Shown here: in pieces, positions 28,032 through 41,766 of the stretch
Layout of the letters: each line of letters opens with the position of its first letter
Numbering within the stretch: position 1 is the first letter of the stretch
Assembly (NCBI GenBank): GCA_002104945.1
Contig: MCFH01000100.1
Span: 9,091-73,090, forward strand
Direction of reading: 5' to 3'
Length of the DNA: 64,000 nt
Source: Piromyces finnis finn
Taxonomy: Eukaryota; Fungi; Neocallimastigomycota
Program-made: the position numbers and the translations under genes
The notes under the pieces: model-generated
What the model saw: the letters and a program-made list of their open reading frames with translations, nothing else
The model's database searches: none
Told to the model about the DNA's origin: nothing

Positions 28032-28458
28032 TTAAATAATTAAATTTTGATTATTTTGACATGAAATTTAAATTTTTATATAATATTAGTTAAATTAAAG
28101 CCAATATTTTTTAAAAAAACAAAAATCTTTGGTAAAACGTAAAACGATATATCAATATATCTTTTGAAGTTATTTAATTTAGTTTAAAACTTTAATTCTA
28201 TTTGTTTTATTTAATTTGTTTTTTTTACAGTATATAGTATATAAGAAATAGAACGTATTATTATTAAACTTTTTTATATATGATTTTTAATATTTTAATT
28301 TAATCAAGGTTATGTAATAATCTACTAAATGATTTATTTAATGTATTCGAATTATTAAAATTCATCCATTCGATTAATGTTGTTCAGTTAAATTTCTATA
28401 TTATTTATTATTTATTGTTAATGAAAAAATTTATAATAATTGCTATTTCGCAATTTCT

Positions 28459-28477
28459 ATTACTACTACTACTACTA

Positions 28478-28576
<99 letters not shown>
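28459..28576. repeat. Compound (TAC)n(TAA)n microsatellite
   Basis: Direct reading; gives poly-Ile pseudo-ORFs on both strands. Confidence 0.95.
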
Positions 28577-29063
28577 TGGATTGAAGCATATTTCATTTTT
28601 CTTTGAAATATGTTATTATATAGAACGTTTTAAGTTCTTACCATTCTTCTCTTTAGCAATAAACACAAAAAAGGAAATTTCATTATTTGTACTTTTAATA
28701 TAATTTAAAAAAAAATTTTTTTGACATTCTTTCTAATTACATATGATAATAATAATAAATAAAATACTATTATACCTTATATAGAGTATAATATTAATAA
28801 AAGACATGACATTATATTTTATAATTATATTTTATAATATTAAAATGATTAAAAATATAATAAATAAATATATATATTAATAAAAAAGAACGAAATTTAA
28901 AAAAAAAATATAAAAGGAATGGATTTTGACTTTTTTAAAACATTTATTCTTAATTTGTATTATTTATATAATTAAAAACTTTCATTATAATAAAGTATAT
29001 CAAATATCAAACATATCAAAATACTTTAAACAATCTCAACAGAAAAAAAGGAAATAGTGAATA

Positions 29064-30566
29064 ATGTCTTCTGAAACTCCTAAATCATTTTGTGCTTCAT
29101 CTCCTTTTCCACTATCTTTTTCTGCTGTAAATAATAGAAAATATTTTATGGAAATTAGAAGTCCTCTTCCCTCCCAAAGTAATTCAATTAATCCATTTAT
29201 TACAAAAGAAAGTTTTACCAATCCCTTTGATAATTTTTTAGATTCACCTACTTGTTCTCCAGTCTTTAAAAGAAACTCTATATTATTAAATGAACTTTTT
29301 AGTAATCCCGAAATAAATTATAATAATGAGATATCAAGTAGTCCTATAGTACTTCCCACAACTAGAATTAATGAAAATCTATTTAAGAAAAATGAAGAAA
29401 ATCAGTTTAAATATATATCCCCAAAAATGTTAGAAAATAATAAGAATTTAGAGAAGAAGAAAAATGGGAAATTCAAATCAATGACAGAATTTGATAAGCT
29501 ATCAACTGAGAATAATAAAATAAGTAAACAATTTTTAAATAAAAAAGATAGCTTGGAAGGAAAAAAAAAGAGGAAGAAGAATGATTTAATTCATAATATA
29601 AACCAAAAATCAAAGCAGTGCAATAACTCAGTTAATATTAATAAAATTAAAAAAAATGTAAAAATACATATTTTATTTATTAACATAATATATTTTACAT
29701 TTTAGTTAATTGGAAAAATACTAACATTCTTTAAATTTAATAATCATGCATGTATATACTGTTTTAGTCATTTTCTTTTATACCATCAAAAGACCCTTTT
29801 TTAATAAAAAACTATAGTCCCATATTAAATAATGTACCTTCAACATCAGTACCATTAATTAACACGCCTTTACTTAGCTCACCATATTCATCATGTTCAC
29901 CATTTTTGTTTGATAATGTTTCCTCAAGTTCCGATTCCATTGTCTCAGAGTTTTATTCTAATTTTCCTTTAAATCCAAATCCAAATCCAAATTCATATCC
30001 AAATCTAAATTCAAATTCAAGTTCAAATTCAAATTCAAATTCAAATAGTTGTGAAAAATCAATCATTAGTGTAGATTCATTGTGTTCAAATTCTGTCTCA
30101 AACGTAGATAAACATAAAAGAAAATGTGGGAACTCAAAGGGTCGTAAGCGCCCAAATTATTCTCACAAAGTTACTAAAATATTGAAAGAATGGCTCTCAA
30201 ATCATTCTTTCCCTTATCCTACCATTACTGAAAAGAATCGTCTTTGTGAAGCTACTGGTTTAACATTAGTAAGTTATTAATTAATATCAATATTAATTAT
30301 TTTCATAAAATATATTTATATTAACAATATTTCTTTTTATTATTTTTCACACTACACGTCTACACAATATAAATTATAAATGAATATATAAATATAATTA
30401 AATATTAAAAATACTTTTTTTCAGATTCAGGTATATTTTAAATAATTTTAAATTATAAATTATAATAATAATACTTATTACACATTACTAATATTTTATT
30501 ATAAATCCTAATTTCATATTATAGCTCAATAACTGGTTCGTAAATGCCAGACGCCGTTATTCATAA
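29064..30566 (+). CDS. TALE-like homeodomain transcription factor c (371 aa; exons 29064-29630, 29768-30268, 30425-30430, 30525-30566)
   Basis: Same four-exon plan with a longer exon 1. Ends RKRPNYSHKVTKILKEWLSNHSFPYPTITEKNRLCEATGLTL|IQ|LNNWFVNARRRYS*. Confidence 0.9.
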
Positions 30567-31476
30567 TTTAATGTACTCATATTTAAATATAGAAATAGAA
30601 TATTAAAAAATAATTACTATTATTACTAATATTATTATTATTATATACAACTAAATTTTTATAATTATTTCTAATTATAAATAATATAGATTTATAATTT
30701 ATTATTTAGTTTATTAATTTATATTACAATATAACATTTTAATATTGATATTGATCCATTTAATATTTTATAAATAATATATTAAAATAAAAAAAAATTG
30801 TAAGAATCATTCAAAGTTTTTATATTTTCTTTTTTTTAAAAGGAACATTATAGTGTAAAAAAAAATAAAAATAATAAATTGCAAATATTAATATTTACAA
30901 TTCATTATAGAAATAGAAAAATATCGATTATACATATTTAATTATATTAAGTGTACTTGGTTAAATTTGGTATTTTTGTATTGAAAAGATTACTCTTCAA
31001 AAATAGTGATAATATAATTTTATAAATTAAGAAATATAAATAAATATAATAGTAATAATATCAATAACAATAAAAACATTAATAATAATAATTAATCACC
31101 AATAACAAAAATACAATATAAAATTTAAAATTTTTTTGTTAATATTTTACATAAACATTATTATTAATATATATATAATTTATTTAAATATTAAATAATA
31201 AAGCAAAGCTAATAATAAATATGAAGAAAATTCAAAAAAAAAAAAAAAAAATCACAAATATAACAGATAATGTAAAATATATTTAATAATTTAAAAATAA
31301 AGCTATATTAAATAGAAATAAAAAAATAGAAAGTTTTGTAAAGTTATTAAACTAAAGAAGTATAAATTGAAAAAGTAAGTTATTTTTAATAATTTCATTT
31401 TTTTGAGTAGAATAAGTAAACTAAATATAAAAAAAATATAAAGAGAGAAATATAACTTTTTTTAAAATGATTATTA

Positions 31477-33049
31477 CTTGAATCTTAAATTCATTTGATG
31501 TATTTTCATTTTCAGCCATTATTATATTTTGGAAAAACTAATAATAATAAAAACTAAAGTATTCGAAAGAAAGAATGAACCTATAATTACTATTTTTGTT
31601 ATTTTATTAATAATAACAAAATAGATAGATTAATTAATATATAAGCAATTATTTTAATTATTATTATTTATTAAAAAACTATTTATAAATATTATCTAAA
31701 TATTATAACTTAATTATAAGTTGTATTTACTGAAAACTATTAGTATAATAACATAACTTATTCCTTTTACTCTAACACAAGAAATTTCAGTATTAGCCCA
31801 ACTATCTGATGTAAATAATTGAACAATTAATAATATAGAATTAAATATATTGTCGAAATTTTCATCAGGAATTTTATTTTCAAAATTCATCTTACCAGAA
31901 AATAATTGAAATCCAAATGTGGCAAATATTATAACAAAAATAATCCAAATAATAAATAAACATAATTGTTTCAGAAAAGAATCCTTAATAACAATAAATA
32001 AAAATTGAGATTGTTTTGAGTATCTACTAATTCGTAAAACTCTCAAAGATCTTAAAATTCTAAAAACAAATAAACCATTATTAGATGTTATGATAAATTG
32101 AATAATTATTGATAGAATGGTATTCAATTCAGTGATGAAAACCCTACCAGAATTGCTATTGCTAGTAATAGAGTTACTCCTGATTGCCCTTGTGTCTGTC
32201 CATGTTGCCGATAGGATGAACAATCTTTTTATCATTGGATTTTAGAATAACCTGCATTCTCTGAATACAGAACTTCTTCACTCAGCTTTCTTGACGATCT
32301 TTTTACCCTTTTTCACAATAAATACAATAATCAATTCATCACTTACTTACTCTCTGAAATGGAAGTAAGAAAAATAATTTATAATTCTATTTTTACGTTT
32401 CTTCTTGGTGGAACTTTAGCTTATGACTATAAATCGATAAGGCGGAACAAAGACATTTGAATGAACAGCTTTACAGTTCATTGGGGTCTCATATTCCATA
32501 GGTAGTGGGTCTCTCGGCTTTTCTTACTAAAAAAAAAACCCTATCATTAGTTCATTAGTAGCTCAATGAAACTACTTTTTGATAGGTTTAGTAAGACGTC
32601 TAACGTCATCAAGAGTGCCGACGTCGTGGAACCGAATTGCAGAGTTCATTGAACATTTATGCAATTTTAATAATTATTTTATTTTATTTTATATTTATAT
32701 ATATATATATTATTATTTTTATTTATTATTTATTATATCAATATGTATTATCACCTAATATAATGTAATATCACAAATTAAATAAATACAAGAAGTGTAT
32801 TTCTTTCCAAGTCTAAAAAAAAAAAACCTGATAGAATGGTAAATATACAATCAACAATGTTGTATCCATATTGCTTTACATTACCAATGGGATTTAACAT
32901 GTTTAATTTACATATCATTTCCACTATAAATATTACAACAAATACTTTTGATAAATTGTCAATAATTTTTTTATCCTTTTCTGTACTATCTTTATTAATA
33001 CAACTGACACTAATAGTATCAACCATTATAACTATCATCATAAATGTAA
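31477..33049 (-). pseudogene. Four-domain voltage-gated cation channel pseudogene (domain II fragment only), LINE-interrupted
   Basis: Paralogous to 56245-57105 (TFMMIVIMVDTIS...FRILRSLRVLRIS...QLFTSDSW). It is truncated at both ends, frameshifted in the S6 exon, and split by the 32123-32828 insertion. Confidence 0.85.
32123..32828 (+). mobile_element. 5'-truncated LINE insertion with 13-bp target-site duplication
   Basis: TGATAGAATGGTA at both 32110-32122 and 32829-32841 (single copy in the intact channel gene); A12 at 32815-32826; encodes CPCCR*DEQSFYHWILE*...FLLGG (LINE ORF2 C-terminus-like). Confidence 0.85.
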
Positions 33050-33169
33050 TTTGAATAGAATGTAACAATAGTAGTTCTTTATCATAAATTATATTAATAA
33101 AAGTTGACATAATTATAAAATCTAAATTAACAACTCTTAAAAAGAATCTTAGAAGTGGAATCAAAATAT

Positions 33170-35507
33170 AAAATATAAATATATATTTTTCTTCTTTTTA
33201 GCAACTTTTTTCTTTTTCGTATCTTTTTTCTTTTCCACTAATTAATTTTAAAATTTAATTTAAAATGTGGATTATTTATATTTTTTTTTTTTATATTTAT
33301 TAAACTTTTTAAAAAATAACAAAGAAAACTTTTTAAATTAAAAAATTGACCAATTAATATTCAAAATCAATAATTAAAAGATCTTTAAAAAAAGTTTACT
33401 TTTTACTAAAGCACTACTAAATAAATTGATGAATTGTTATCTTTTAATTATATAATGTTATTATTATTAAATCTTTATAATATTTTAATATTGGTAAATT
33501 GTATTTTTATAAGAATATTTAATATATTTTATTAACTAATTAATTAAATTAACTAATACTTTAAATATTACTATTAATATATTATATTGCTATTAAAAGT
33601 TTACTTTAAACTTAAAAGAAATGTTGAGTATTTTTAATATGCCATTTAAATAAAAACAAGATAGGATTATTAAATATTTTATAGAAAATACCACCAATAC
33701 CATTTAAATTATAATATCTTAATTATATTAAATATTAATATTAAAGCATATTAAAATAATATATAAATACTAATAAGATTTTTTAAAATAAAAAATAATA
33801 TATATGAAATCTGGTTTAATTGTAATAATACATTGTTTCAATTATTAAGTCATGCTATTCATAATTTAAATATTAATATATGATTTGAAATACATCCTTT
33901 TCTTTTATTTAATTATAATAATAATTAGAAAACTTAATAAATAATTTAACTTTTAAAAGATAACACTATCGTATGGTTTTTAATAAATAAAAATTAAAAT
34001 ATTTACAATATTAACATATCAATACAATAATAATAAAATATCTTTATAATAATTATTATTTTTGTAATAGGGATGTAAAATAGTCACATTTATATTTTTA
34101 AAATTGATAAAAAGTTAAATACTATTAAATATTTTATTAAAATTACAAAAATTATAATTATTCCGTTTTTAAATTCTAATACATTATAGTTTTATGCCCA
34201 TATAAAATTTATCTTCTCCTGTTTTAATTCATTTTTAATACACGCTTTTTGAATATTCGTTTAATCTAATTAATTATTAAATTTTAAAAAAAAGGAAAAT
34301 AAGAATTAAATATTAGTATTTTTTTAATAATTATAAAGTATTAATAAAAATAAATAAAAGTAAATTAAAGTTATATTATTAGTTCTATTATATGTATATT
34401 CTTTTTAGATTAAATAGGAACTTTTAATAATATGTTTTAACTCCTTTCTTTTAAGATTTAATAACAATTATTGTTGTTAATAATTAATAATAATAACTTT
34501 AATAAAATGTAATTTTATGTAGGATAGCAATTGTAATAATGGTTTATAAAAGTATATATAAGAAGCATTTGTTTTCTTGATTATTTATTATTTTAAAATT
34601 GAATTTCATTATTCAATTCCTATTTCAATATAGCAATCAAGGATTCAAAAAGTAGAGTTTAATAACATTTATTAAAATAGTAATAAAAATATTTCTGTAA
34701 TATATTTAAAAATAAATTATTTAAAAAAAGAAATATAATTTTTCTGTCTACATTTTACGAATCAAAATGCCAAGCTCAATGTTAAATTCAGCTTTATTAA
34801 AATCTACTGGTGCTGGTTCTAGAGCTATTACATATTCAAAACCAAGAAATAATATAACTAAAAATAAAGTTAAAAGTAACATTAATCCATATGTTACTTG
34901 TAGCTGTGTTGTTCAATAATGAACAAAAAATCTAATTATTAAGAAAATAATACTACCACTTATTCATAATTTTAATTTTACAAATATATAAATAAATAAA
35001 TAAAACATTTTTTCACATTTTATTAATTACTATAATTTCATAATTTTAAATATATTTTGAAATACTCTCACATGTATATAAATTCTTTTTTTATAAATTT
35101 AAATAATAATAAAAATTATATTTTAATAATAAAAATTTCATTTTAATAATAAAATAAAATTAAAAAGTTTTATTCAATAATTATAATAAATTTTGTGTTT
35201 TTCTTATTATAAACGTATAAATATTTAAATTTTACTTATTAAAAAGTTATCTATTAGACAAACAAGCAAAATATTTAAAAGTATTTCTATTTCTTTCTAT
35301 GTGTAAAAATTTAATATTGAATTATTAAATGATAAAAAGTAAAGTTAGGCTTACAAAATTATTTGTTAAACTAAAAAATTTTAAGTTATTTAAAACTATT
35401 TATTCTTTATTTATTTAATGTAAATGTATACATTAATTGTATCAAAATGTATTGTAATAAATATATTAAAAGATAATAAAGTAGAAAAGAAATCTATAAA
35501 ATATTAA
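33170..35507 (+). repeat. Segmental repeat (blocks A+B) carrying peptide copy 3
   Basis: Near-identical to 17540-19678. A degenerate part of block A recurs at about 51500-51830. Confidence 0.85.
34767..34919 (+). CDS. Short CaaX-terminated peptide, copy 3 (50 aa; putative pheromone precursor)
   Basis: MPSSMLNSALLKSTGAGSRAITYSKPRNNITKNKVKSNINPYVTCSCVVQ*; one substitution (G19R) versus copy 2. Confidence 0.8.
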   Translation: MPSSMLNSALLKSTGAGSRAITYSKPRNNITKNKVKSNINPYVTCSCVVQ

Positions 35508-36580
35508 AGTAACGTATTAGTGAAATATTTATTCATTATATTGTTCGTCTTTTCTTATATTGAAATTACAGATTAAAAAAAAATAAAAAATTAATATTTT
35601 TATAATTTATGTTAAATACTAGTTGATTTATAAGTAACTGTAAAGTGTTTAATTATCCAATATTTTAGTTTTAATAAATATTTATATGTCTTTAAAAAAA
35701 CATAAGCTATTTTTTACGTATTTTTTATCAATGGGATACCTAATTCTCATATAAAAATATTAAAACATCAATAATTGAATTGATAAAAAAATTTATATAG
35801 ATTTATAAGCTTTTTTTATTTTGATTATATACTTTCTAAATGGATGTTAATTTTATTCATTATCATTATTAATGTTTATACATAATACCTTTCTTATATA
35901 TATACATTTCATTAATAAATTAATAAATATTGTAAAATAAAATTTAAATAAATGCTTTATGTTATTAACCAGAAAAAAAAATATCTAACAAAATACTTTT
36001 TCATTATTTTCTTTTTTCTTGTATAATTATTATAATTATCAAAGTTTTTTTTAACCAGTAACTATAATTAAAAAAGGCACAATTATGATTATGATTATTA
36101 TTAAAAAATCTGAAGATTGATAAAAAAAAAAAAAAAAGCGCTTTTCAATAATTTAGATTTTTAATACTATAATTTTTTACCCTAAAATTTTATAAAAGAA
36201 TTCCAATTTTTACCTAATTTTTTTTTTATTTTATTTTATTTTTTTCTTTATTCATAATTGATAAAGTTTATGATTCATTAAAGAATATAACTATTCCTTT
36301 TCTTTTTATAAACTATTTTTCTTTATTATTAATTATTAAAATAGTTTATTCTATTTTAACAAAAAAAAAAAAAGTTTTTCTTTTTTTTTTTTTTTATCCT
36401 TTTTATATTGAAAATATATAAATTTAATATCTATCTAAATGTATATATTTTCTGTTTTCTATTTTAATTAAAAATAGAAAATTTTATAATAATAAAAATC
36501 TATAATTATCCGTCAAGATATAATAAGCTTAATTTATAAAATGAAGGATAAATTTTTATTTTGTTTTTATTTTGAATTCT

Positions 36581-39136
36581 TTAATTCTTTTTAGTGGCCT
36601 TTTTAGTGACAACCTTGACAGTAGTCTTTTTAGCAGCGGCTTTTGTTGTAGTGGTTTTTTTAGTAGTGGCTTTAGTTGTGATTTTTTTGTTGGTAGTTTT
36701 AATAGTAGTTTTTATAGTAGTCTTTTTAGCGGCAACTTTAGTAGTAGTAGTAGTAGTCTTCTTAACTGGAGTAGTAGTAGCCTTCTTAACTGGAGTAGTA
36801 GTAGTAGCCTTCTTAACTGGAGTAGTAGTAGTAGCCTTCTTTACTGGTGTAGTAGTAGTCTTCTTTATAGTTGTTTTGGCGGCAGTGGTGGTCTTTTTAA
36901 CAGCTGCCTTTGTAGTGGTCTTAACGACAGGGATGGTAGTAGTGGTAGTAGTGGTAGTAGTAGTGGTGGTGGTGGTGGTGGTGGTGGTAGTAGTAGTAGT
37001 AATCTTTATAGCAGCTTTGGAAGTAGTGTTGACGACAGGAGTGGTTGTGTTATTTTCAGTAGTTTCAGGCATTTCCCAATCAATAGGATTCTTTAATTTA
37101 ATAATTTTAGCTTGACCCTTTTGTAATGGAACCCAAACAGTAATTGGATCATTACCAACATGTTCAATGGTAGCACCAGAAGGAATAGCAGAAACCTTAC
37201 CTGGAACTGTTACTGGAATAGTACAATCACCCTTACTAGCAGAGACATAAATACTAACAACCTTATTATTTTCAATAACTAATTTACTCTTAGCACCACA
37301 AGTTTCTAACTTGGCACGTTCGGTGTAAATTTCTGCTTGCTTATCAAGTTTAATAGAAATTAATGGCCAATCTACATATTTAGTGTAAAGGTTAACGACA
37401 CTTCTAGTCCAATCTTCAAGAAGAGATTCACCTAAACCATTTCCCTTTTGGAAATAACGAAGGTTAGCTTGATGGAATTGATGAGCTTCATGACGTAATT
37501 GAGTCATTAAAAGAAGAGTACGTTCACTTTCCTTTTTTAAGAATTCATTGTAATTTAATTTTCTACCATAATAACTTTCATATTGGTCATTATACATCCA
37601 AAGATTTTCTTCTCTAGTAGAACAAAAGTAATAAATTTCAGTTGGAGTACGTGGAATAATTGGGAAACCTGCTAAATGACTACTTTCATTTGTAGTATAG
37701 AATGGAAGATATGGATTATTAGTGTTAGTAATAGCCTTACGAGAAAGATCACCAGTTGCAGATTGGATACCATATTTTCTAAAGATTTCAAGAGCATCCT
37801 TGTTGTGAAGACCAGAAATTTGTGGAGTAATAATGGAAGCACCAGACCAATATTCAGTATCAACAATACCCATTCTTTTACCGATATCAATATTTAAACG
37901 AATTTCATTATCTACATCAGTTGCATGAATTTGATCTAAATTTTCGTGAGTAAATGTGTGAGAACTCCAGAAGAATTCCTTTTGAGCAGTAACATTATGA
38001 CTGAAATAGTTGAAAATTGGATCATTTTTAAATGCATTAATTTGAGCATTACTAAATTGATAATTAATTTTTGGCCAACGTTGATCACCAGTTCCTGGTT
38101 CCTTTACCCATTCTTCATCATGATAACGATTACAATCAATTTGAATAGATTGGGTGTAGTCACCACTAATCAAAATACCATTACCATTGTAGGCTAATTC
38201 AGCACGGTAAAAGGAACCCTTTGGCATAATATTTAATACATTTTTTTGGAATTCAGCAATTTTTTGGAAATCATATGGAGAAGTACGGAAAGTTTCACCA
38301 CCAGTGGTTGTTTCTGTTTCAGGATTAACTAATTCAGTACCTAAAAAGACATCATCAATATGAGGGGTGAAATAAACACGACGGAAACCATTAAATAAAG
38401 CACGAGTACCCCAAGTTAACCATAAATGATTAATAATTGAACTACTTTGACTCCAAGAACCGAGACCAAAGAAGAATCTCATGACTTCACGACCATCATC
38501 ATAAGTAGAAATGGTAGCAGCAACTTCCCCTTTTTTACCATTTTTACTGTAATATAAAAATGGACGAGTAGTCTTAGTATTAGTAATTTTAACACGGGAG
38601 AAATAAATATCATTTACGTCTAATGGAGCAGTCATCTTCACTCTAGCTTGATTAAATATAGTTTTAACTTCATCTGATTGTTCAACAATCAAGGATTGAT
38701 TACTTGAAGTTTCACCCCATTTATCGGTTGCTAGAGCAACGTCAACCTTATTACTAATATCATCTGAAATGACAACTCTACGAATACTATTTTGAGCTTC
38801 GTATTTTTCCAAGAAAGACCATTGTTCAGGAGTTAAAGCACTTACCCAACTACCATTAAGTTCATAAGTAAGTTCACTACCATTAACAACAACGAGATTA
38901 TATTTTGGTTCGTTACTTTTATTATATAAATCTAAATTACCAGTAAATGGACTAGCAGAAGAAAATTCAATAACTTCGTATGGGATACCATAAGAATTAA
39001 AATTATTTTTAATAGAAGTAATTTCAGTACCTTTTGTAGTTAAAACTAAAGCTTTCATAGTAATTTTACTACATGAAGAAACGGTAACTGCAATAGCAAT
39101 ACCGACTACTTTAAAAATTTTTGAAAAGATAACCAT
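36581..39136 (-). CDS. agd3: Secreted Agd3-like (CE18-type) polysaccharide deacetylase with Thr/Lys-rich tail (851 aa, intronless)
   Basis: Long clean ORF with an N-terminal hydrophobic signal-like segment and HIDDVFL and SHTFTHEN metal-site motifs as in Aspergillus Agd3-type deacetylases. The C-terminus has poly-Thr and PVKKATTT repeats. Family assignment is by motif recall, not a search. Confidence 0.7.
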   Translation of the reverse strand: MVIFSKIFKVVGIAIAVTVSSCSKITMKALVLTTKGTEITSIKNNFNSYGIPYEVIEFSSASPFTGNLDLYNKSNEPKYNLVVVNGSELTYELNGSWVSALTPEQWSFLEKYEAQNSIRRVVISDDISNKVDVALATDKWGETSSNQSLIVEQSDEVKTIFNQARVKMTAPLDVNDIYFSRVKITNTKTTRPFLYYSKNGKKGEVAATISTYDDGREVMRFFFGLGSWSQSSSIINHLWLTWGTRALFNGFRRVYFTPHIDDVFLGTELVNPETETTTGGETFRTSPYDFQKIAEFQKNVLNIMPKGSFYRAELAYNGNGILISGDYTQSIQIDCNRYHDEEWVKEPGTGDQRWPKINYQFSNAQINAFKNDPIFNYFSHNVTAQKEFFWSSHTFTHENLDQIHATDVDNEIRLNIDIGKRMGIVDTEYWSGASIITPQISGLHNKDALEIFRKYGIQSATGDLSRKAITNTNNPYLPFYTTNESSHLAGFPIIPRTPTEIYYFCSTREENLWMYNDQYESYYGRKLNYNEFLKKESERTLLLMTQLRHEAHQFHQANLRYFQKGNGLGESLLEDWTRSVVNLYTKYVDWPLISIKLDKQAEIYTERAKLETCGAKSKLVIENNKVVSIYVSASKGDCTIPVTVPGKVSAIPSGATIEHVGNDPITVWVPLQKGQAKIIKLKNPIDWEMPETTENNTTTPVVNTTSKAAIKITTTTTTTTTTTTTTTTTTTTTTIPVVKTTTKAAVKKTTTAAKTTIKKTTTTPVKKATTTTPVKKATTTTPVKKATTTPVKKTTTTTTKVAAKKTTIKTTIKTTNKKITTKATTKKTTTTKAAAKKTTVKVVTKKATKKN

Positions 39137-41766
39137 TTTTCTTTTTCTTTTTTTTTTTTTAATAAAATAATTCTATGTGTAATTTTTGTAATTTATTTTC
39201 TTATTTATTTATTTATTTATATTTGTTATAGTTTGTATAATTCAATTTTTTTTTTTTTAAGTGTTGGTTTGATTTTATTATTTTATTATTTATTTTATTA
39301 TATTTTATTTGTTAATGATATAATTTTATAATTAAACATTTATTGTTTTTTATAATTTTGTTTTTTTTTTACTTTTCTTTTATTAATTATTTTGCTTTTT
39401 TTTTTTTTTTCTTTCTTTCTTTCTTATTATTTACTACTTTTTTTTCATAATAAAGAAATTAAAAAAACAAAATTTTAAATTGAAGTCCAATTTCGGATAA
39501 GAAAATTTTTAACAAAAAAAAAAAAACTCCTTCCTTTTTCTTATTTATATAAATAAAAAATTTTTTTTTTTTTAATTAATCCATCTTTGTTAATATAAAA
39601 AAAATAAATAAAAAAATGAATCATTTTTCAAACTTTTTTTTAATAAAATATAAAAATTTAAAATTATAATAAATAAAGTTTAGAATCCTCTAAAAATCAA
39701 AGTTACACAAATTAATATATACAAAGTAACATGAAATATATAAATGAATAATTAAATAAATTACTATAAAATAGATCATTTATTCTATATTATATGAATG
39801 AATGTATGTAAATAAATTTCTTTAATTTGTAAATTTTTTTTAATTTGGGGTGAAAAATAAATTAAAGACTTTGTAATATATAATTAAATACATAATAAAT
39901 ATATAATCAATTTATTACAATATATATTATAGTATATATATAATTAGTTTTATTTATTTTAAAAAAATTAATAATAAATTTAAATTAGTACAAGTTTTTA
40001 AAAATTCTTTTGAAATATTGTTATAATTAATAACTGTTGGTAATGATGAGTGATAAAAGAACGTAACGATTAAAATACTAAATGATGTATACAATATTTA
40101 TAACTTATAATCTATATTATTGCGATCCATAAAGTCATCCTTTTTTTATTTAATTTATTTTTCAAACCAATTTATAAAAAAAAGAATTTCTGGATTATTC
40201 TTTAATAAAGTATATAAACTTTAATTTATAATAAAATAATTTTTATGTGTAACATATTCATATATTAATTTAAATTAAATTTAAAAAAATTTCAAATTTT
40301 TTAAAAAATTGATAAATTAAAAAAGTTTAAATATTAATAAATTTCATAAATTTCATAACCAAAAAATATTCGATAAAACAAAAGATTTTATTACAAATTA
40401 ATTTGAAATATTAAATTTAAACTTTAATTATTAATAAAATTGAATTGTTTTAAATGATCTAGACGTCGTAATAAAGTTTATTATAAAGTGGAATCAATGA
40501 TCTAGAATCGGAGGTTTAAATAAAAAAGAAAAAAAGGTAATACTCATCATAAGAGCAATAAGAGTTATTTTAATAAAAAAAAATAATAAAAAATTAAAAT
40601 TTATACATTTATACAGCAAATAATAATAAAGATATGTGTATAAACAAAAATATTGGTAATAGAAAAAGGATACCCTTTGAAAATATAAAACTCTAAAGAA
40701 CTATAAATTTATGAATATACCTTTTATTAAACATAATAATTATAATTTTTTTAACATTCATATCTTATTAATAATATTATTACATTTTATGTACTTCTTT
40801 TAAATTCATTTTATATATCTTTAAAATAAATAACATTTTAATAATAATCATAATTTTATTATTTAATATTTTTTTTTTTTTGGATATCTTATTTAATTAA
40901 AGTAACTGATTAAAAAACTTTGATAATTTAAATAATTTTAACAAAAAAATAAAAATATTATTTAATTTTGGTGTTTTTTAGGTAAAATGATGAAAACTAT
41001 TTTAAATTACCAATATTTATTAATTTATTAATGATTTATTTATATAGGAAAGGTATTATGTATAAATAATAATAATGATAATGAATAAAATCAATATCCA
41101 TTTAAAAAGTATATAATCAAAATAAAAAATGTTTATAAATCCATGTAAAGTTTTTTTTTATCAATTCAATATTTAAATTGATGTTTTAATATTTTGATGC
41201 AAGAATTAGTTAGGTATCCCATGAGTAAAAAAAATAAAAATAGCTTATTAAATTTTATTTTTTATATTTTAAATACTATGTCTCATAATAAGGACTTTAA
41301 TTATTTGATTGATTTTTTACTTTAAAACTAAAATTAAATATTGTAAAATTGAAAATAGAAAGGTTTTTAAAATTTAAACTTTAATGCTTTAAAAATGTTA
41401 AAATCGACTGTGTAATATAGTTAAACCGAAATAAAGTTTAATGCTTAAAAACTTTCTATTAATTAATTTTCAAAATAAACTACAATTGATTAATAAAAGT
41501 TTAAATAGGTTAAAAATAGTTTAAAATCTTATTTATTTCGAAATTTGTATACCTTTATTTTTGTATTATTGGACTATTCTAAAAGAAATAGATGACACAA
41601 AAAAAAGTTAAAAATTAAAGTATAAAAATTCGTTTTCTTTTTTTTTTTTGTTTTTTTGTTTTTTGTTTTTCTGTTTTATCTTTACTTTTTTTTAAAAAAT
41701 AATAAAAGAAAATAAGTTAACAATTAAATAACAATTTTTTTTACTTTTTTTAATAAATTATTAAAA

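Noticed and set aside
36572-37115. Plus-strand Ser-rich and Val-rich ORFs, and other short ORFs overlapping 36581..39136
   Set aside because: Antisense or out-of-frame shadows of the Thr/Lys-rich deacetylase gene.
40453-40506. Direct repeat AATGATCTAGA twice, 43 bp apart, between the deacetylase and HMG-b
   Set aside because: Only two copies and absent from the HMG-a upstream region; no support as a regulatory element or CRISPR-like array.
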